From positions 18,910,001 through 18,974,000 of the forward strand of contig NC_047063.1 in assembly GCF_902459465.1 (NCBI RefSeq): a stretch of DNA of 64,000 bases. Reading direction: 5' to 3'. Below are positions 61,353 through 64,000 of this stretch, one piece after another. The notes under the pieces were generated by a model. It did not search any database. It was given only the letters and a program-made list of their open reading frames with translations, and was not told the DNA's origin. This DNA comes from Asterias rubens. Lineage: Eukaryota. Positions within the stretch are counted from its first letter, which is position 1; every line of letters starts with the position of its first letter. A program made the position numbers and the translations under genes.

Positions 61353-61673
61353 AGGCACTTGACACTATTGGTTATTACTCAAAGTAATTTTTAGTATAAA
61401 AACTTAGTTGGTAGAAGCAATGGAGAGCTGTTGTTATTATAAAACATTGTGAGAAACGGCTCCCTCTGAAGTAACATAGTTTTTGAGAAAGAGGTAATTT
61501 CTCCCTCAAATAGTAGAATACGTCAGCTGAAGCCTGTTATTATGCATCTGAAGCGAACAAAGTAATGCAACAAGGGTGGGGTTTTCTTTTCTTTCAAATC
61601 TTCACATGTTTGTTATTTTATGCATGTGTTGAGAATATTGGTCCTTGACAATTACCAAGCGTGTCCAGTGCCT
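61353..61673. mobile_element. Kolobok-type MITE variant
   Basis: TTAA|AGGCACTTGACAC...GTGTCCAGTGCCT|TTAA. Confidence 0.8.
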
Positions 61674-63228
61674 TTAATGAAAATGTTGAGATAAATTTGG
61701 ATTTGAACAAAGAAAAAGAGTGAGCTTACCAAAGACAATTAAAATCTTACTAGTTGTAAATAGTTCAATTTGTTGTGTCGGCTCATAAATTCAAAGAAAA
61801 TGGGTACACATGTAGAGATGAAAGCGTATACAGAATTACCATATTACCAATAATGCGTTATGTCTTGAATGTCATGCGAATTGGGACAGGGTGCGCAAGA
61901 CCAAATTGGTCGGTGCGATTTGTAGCATCAAAATTCTATTCAAATTCGTGTGTGAAGTATCACCTGGGTAATATACAGGATTGGAAGAGCTGATAAAATA
62001 GTCGTAGACAAAGTTCGTCTGTTGTGTGATCATGTACATGAAGTACTACAAACCTTTACAAAATTTCATCGTAATCTGTTTTGTGAGTCGGGGAAAAAAC
62101 ATGCACAAATTCTCAGCATGCTGTGAACACATTTGTCCTTATTGTTGTATCAACCGAAAACAGCTGCTGCAAATTTTTTTAAGGGTGTTCAGATACAGTT
62201 TTCCTGAATATGACTTCATTTAAGAGGGGAATGTTTTACAAAAACAAAATTATAATATGAACTTTAAAATCAATTAGCTTTTAATCAATGACGTTTTTAC
62301 ATCTCCCAATCCTGAACAATGCCTTCTAATTTGGTTGTCGATGTTGTCATTTTTTTAGGTACAGATTTTGTGCACAATGACTTCATGTCAGAGGGAAATT
62401 TTTTCCCATAATTTTTGTTTTATTGATCAGCTCATTAATCAGTAAGCTTTCCGCCTAAATTTAAAACAATGATGGTTTGTATCTTTACCAATTATATGAA
62501 AGTCCTACCTTTCACGGAGTCTCGACGAAATCAACTATTCCAGAATTAAGTTTTAAACCAATCCAGTTTCTCAAGTGTTTTAGGACCTGTGGTCATCAGA
62601 ACCCATTTTCAACAATATTCAAGTGCAAACTATATCAGTCTACATGGGCTTGGACCAGAAGCAATTTTTTGCTGAACATTACAGTTGCCATTCTCAAATT
62701 CTCAAACACATTCCTGATGTTTTTTAACAGAATTCCCTTTTTCGAATCGATTTTAATAGAACAACTAAAATTCCCTATTGAAAAGCACAACGACAGTGGC
62801 AATTTCGTAGTGCATAACACAATTTGCGGGCCGGAAGAAGCCAGAAAACCCTGTGTAGCAGGCTGTATATTCATCACCACTGTGCAATACGTCTAAGAAT
62901 CACTTTTGCACAACGATCATTGAAAGCATTGCTTTAGTATAACAATCCTATAAATATTGCTTTTTACATCGAATATTATTATACATATTGTACATGTACA
63001 TGTATATAGAATGCCATTGGATGTATTGTGTTGAATAATATTAAAATGCTTAATGGTGCTATAAAAACTAAAGAGCCTGCTTTCTTTTATTCATAAATTA
63101 ATATCAATTAACCAAATTAATTTTGTTTTGTTGCACAAGGCGTTCGCTAGAGATCACCAACTAAGTTCAAATTGGTCTGATAAACGGTCATAACTTAAAA
63201 ACTACAACTACCGCCCTCATCTGGTTGT

Positions 63229-63344
63229 GCACACAACTTCGTGTGACAAGGGTATTTTTTCTTTCATTATTATCTCGCAACTTCGACGACCGATTGAGTC
63301 CAAATTTTCACGTCTTATGCATACGTTGAGATACACAAAGTGAG
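63229..63344. mobile_element. Internal fragment of the Kolobok-type MITE
   Basis: GCACACAACTTCGTGTGACAAGGG...GAGATACAC matches the family body. Confidence 0.7.
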
Positions 63345-64000
63345 CCACGTCTGCTGCTCAGGAGGGATCTTTATGGAGGTCCCTCTGTATCCTATACTCT
63401 GTTCCCACAGCTCCATGTTGAATTCTCTTCCACTATCTTTATTGTTGTAGATGAAGGGATATCATATTAAGTCAGCTTGGAGACAAGTGCGCGTGCTCCT
63501 GCCTCCTGTACAGGGGGTAAGGCATAAGAAATAAAAAACAAAATGTTATAAGAACTTTCACACACATTTCTTTGAGTTTTGTGTTTCCAGTAAAGTAGCA
63601 ATTTAAATGAACATGACAAAATCTGATGGAGCAACATTTAACCTTCTATGTGTAGGTGTTAACGCGAAGCTCATAAACAAGAATTGCGCTCAGTAGAAGT
63701 GATCAGCCTGTCCAGCCCGTTGTTTGGACCTGCAGCCGATTTCGAAACGCTGGGGTTAGTCCTATCTCGAGTTTAGGACGAGTAACCCGTCCTAACATAA
63801 GATGGGTTCATTACGGAACTTATCTCGTCCTAAGTCCTAAGATTAATCCTAAGTTAGGAAGAGTTTGGTGAAATCCACGGCTGGATCCTCATTTCTTTAT
63901 TCTGGTTGGTCCAGTAGTCGAAAATGGCGTTATAATGACGTCACAGTGTGTAACCTTTGCCTTGCTCCCGTACTACAAAACTGAAGTGTGTCCCCCCCCC

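Overview
AT-rich, intron-rich animal genomic DNA. It is most consistent with an invertebrate deuterostome, probably a sea star; that assignment is an inference from protein similarity and the repeat families, not a database result. Seven intact spliced genes were reconstructed by hand with GT-AG sites and consistent reading phase. On the minus strand: BAP1 (11 coding exons, 780 aa) and a tandem array of four EBP-family sterol delta8-delta7 isomerase paralogues (233-234 aa, 4 coding exons each). On the plus strand: a flavin-containing monooxygenase (431 aa) lying head-to-head with the EBP array, and BORCS6/lyspersin (370 aa), whose last intron is U12-type. Introns and intergenic DNA are dense in non-autonomous elements: about 16 TTAA-flanked Kolobok-type MITE copies or fragments, two CCGG-flanked Ginger1-like MITEs, a nested solo LTR, L2/CR1 fragments, tRNA-SINEs, a Penelope-like hairpin family with a hammerhead-like core, two long fold-backs and several minisatellites. 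A 175-N assembly gap lies inside the EBP array. The best candidate for an undescribed system is the four-gene EBP expansion plus the divergent FMO, a possible sterol- or saponin-tailoring locus.
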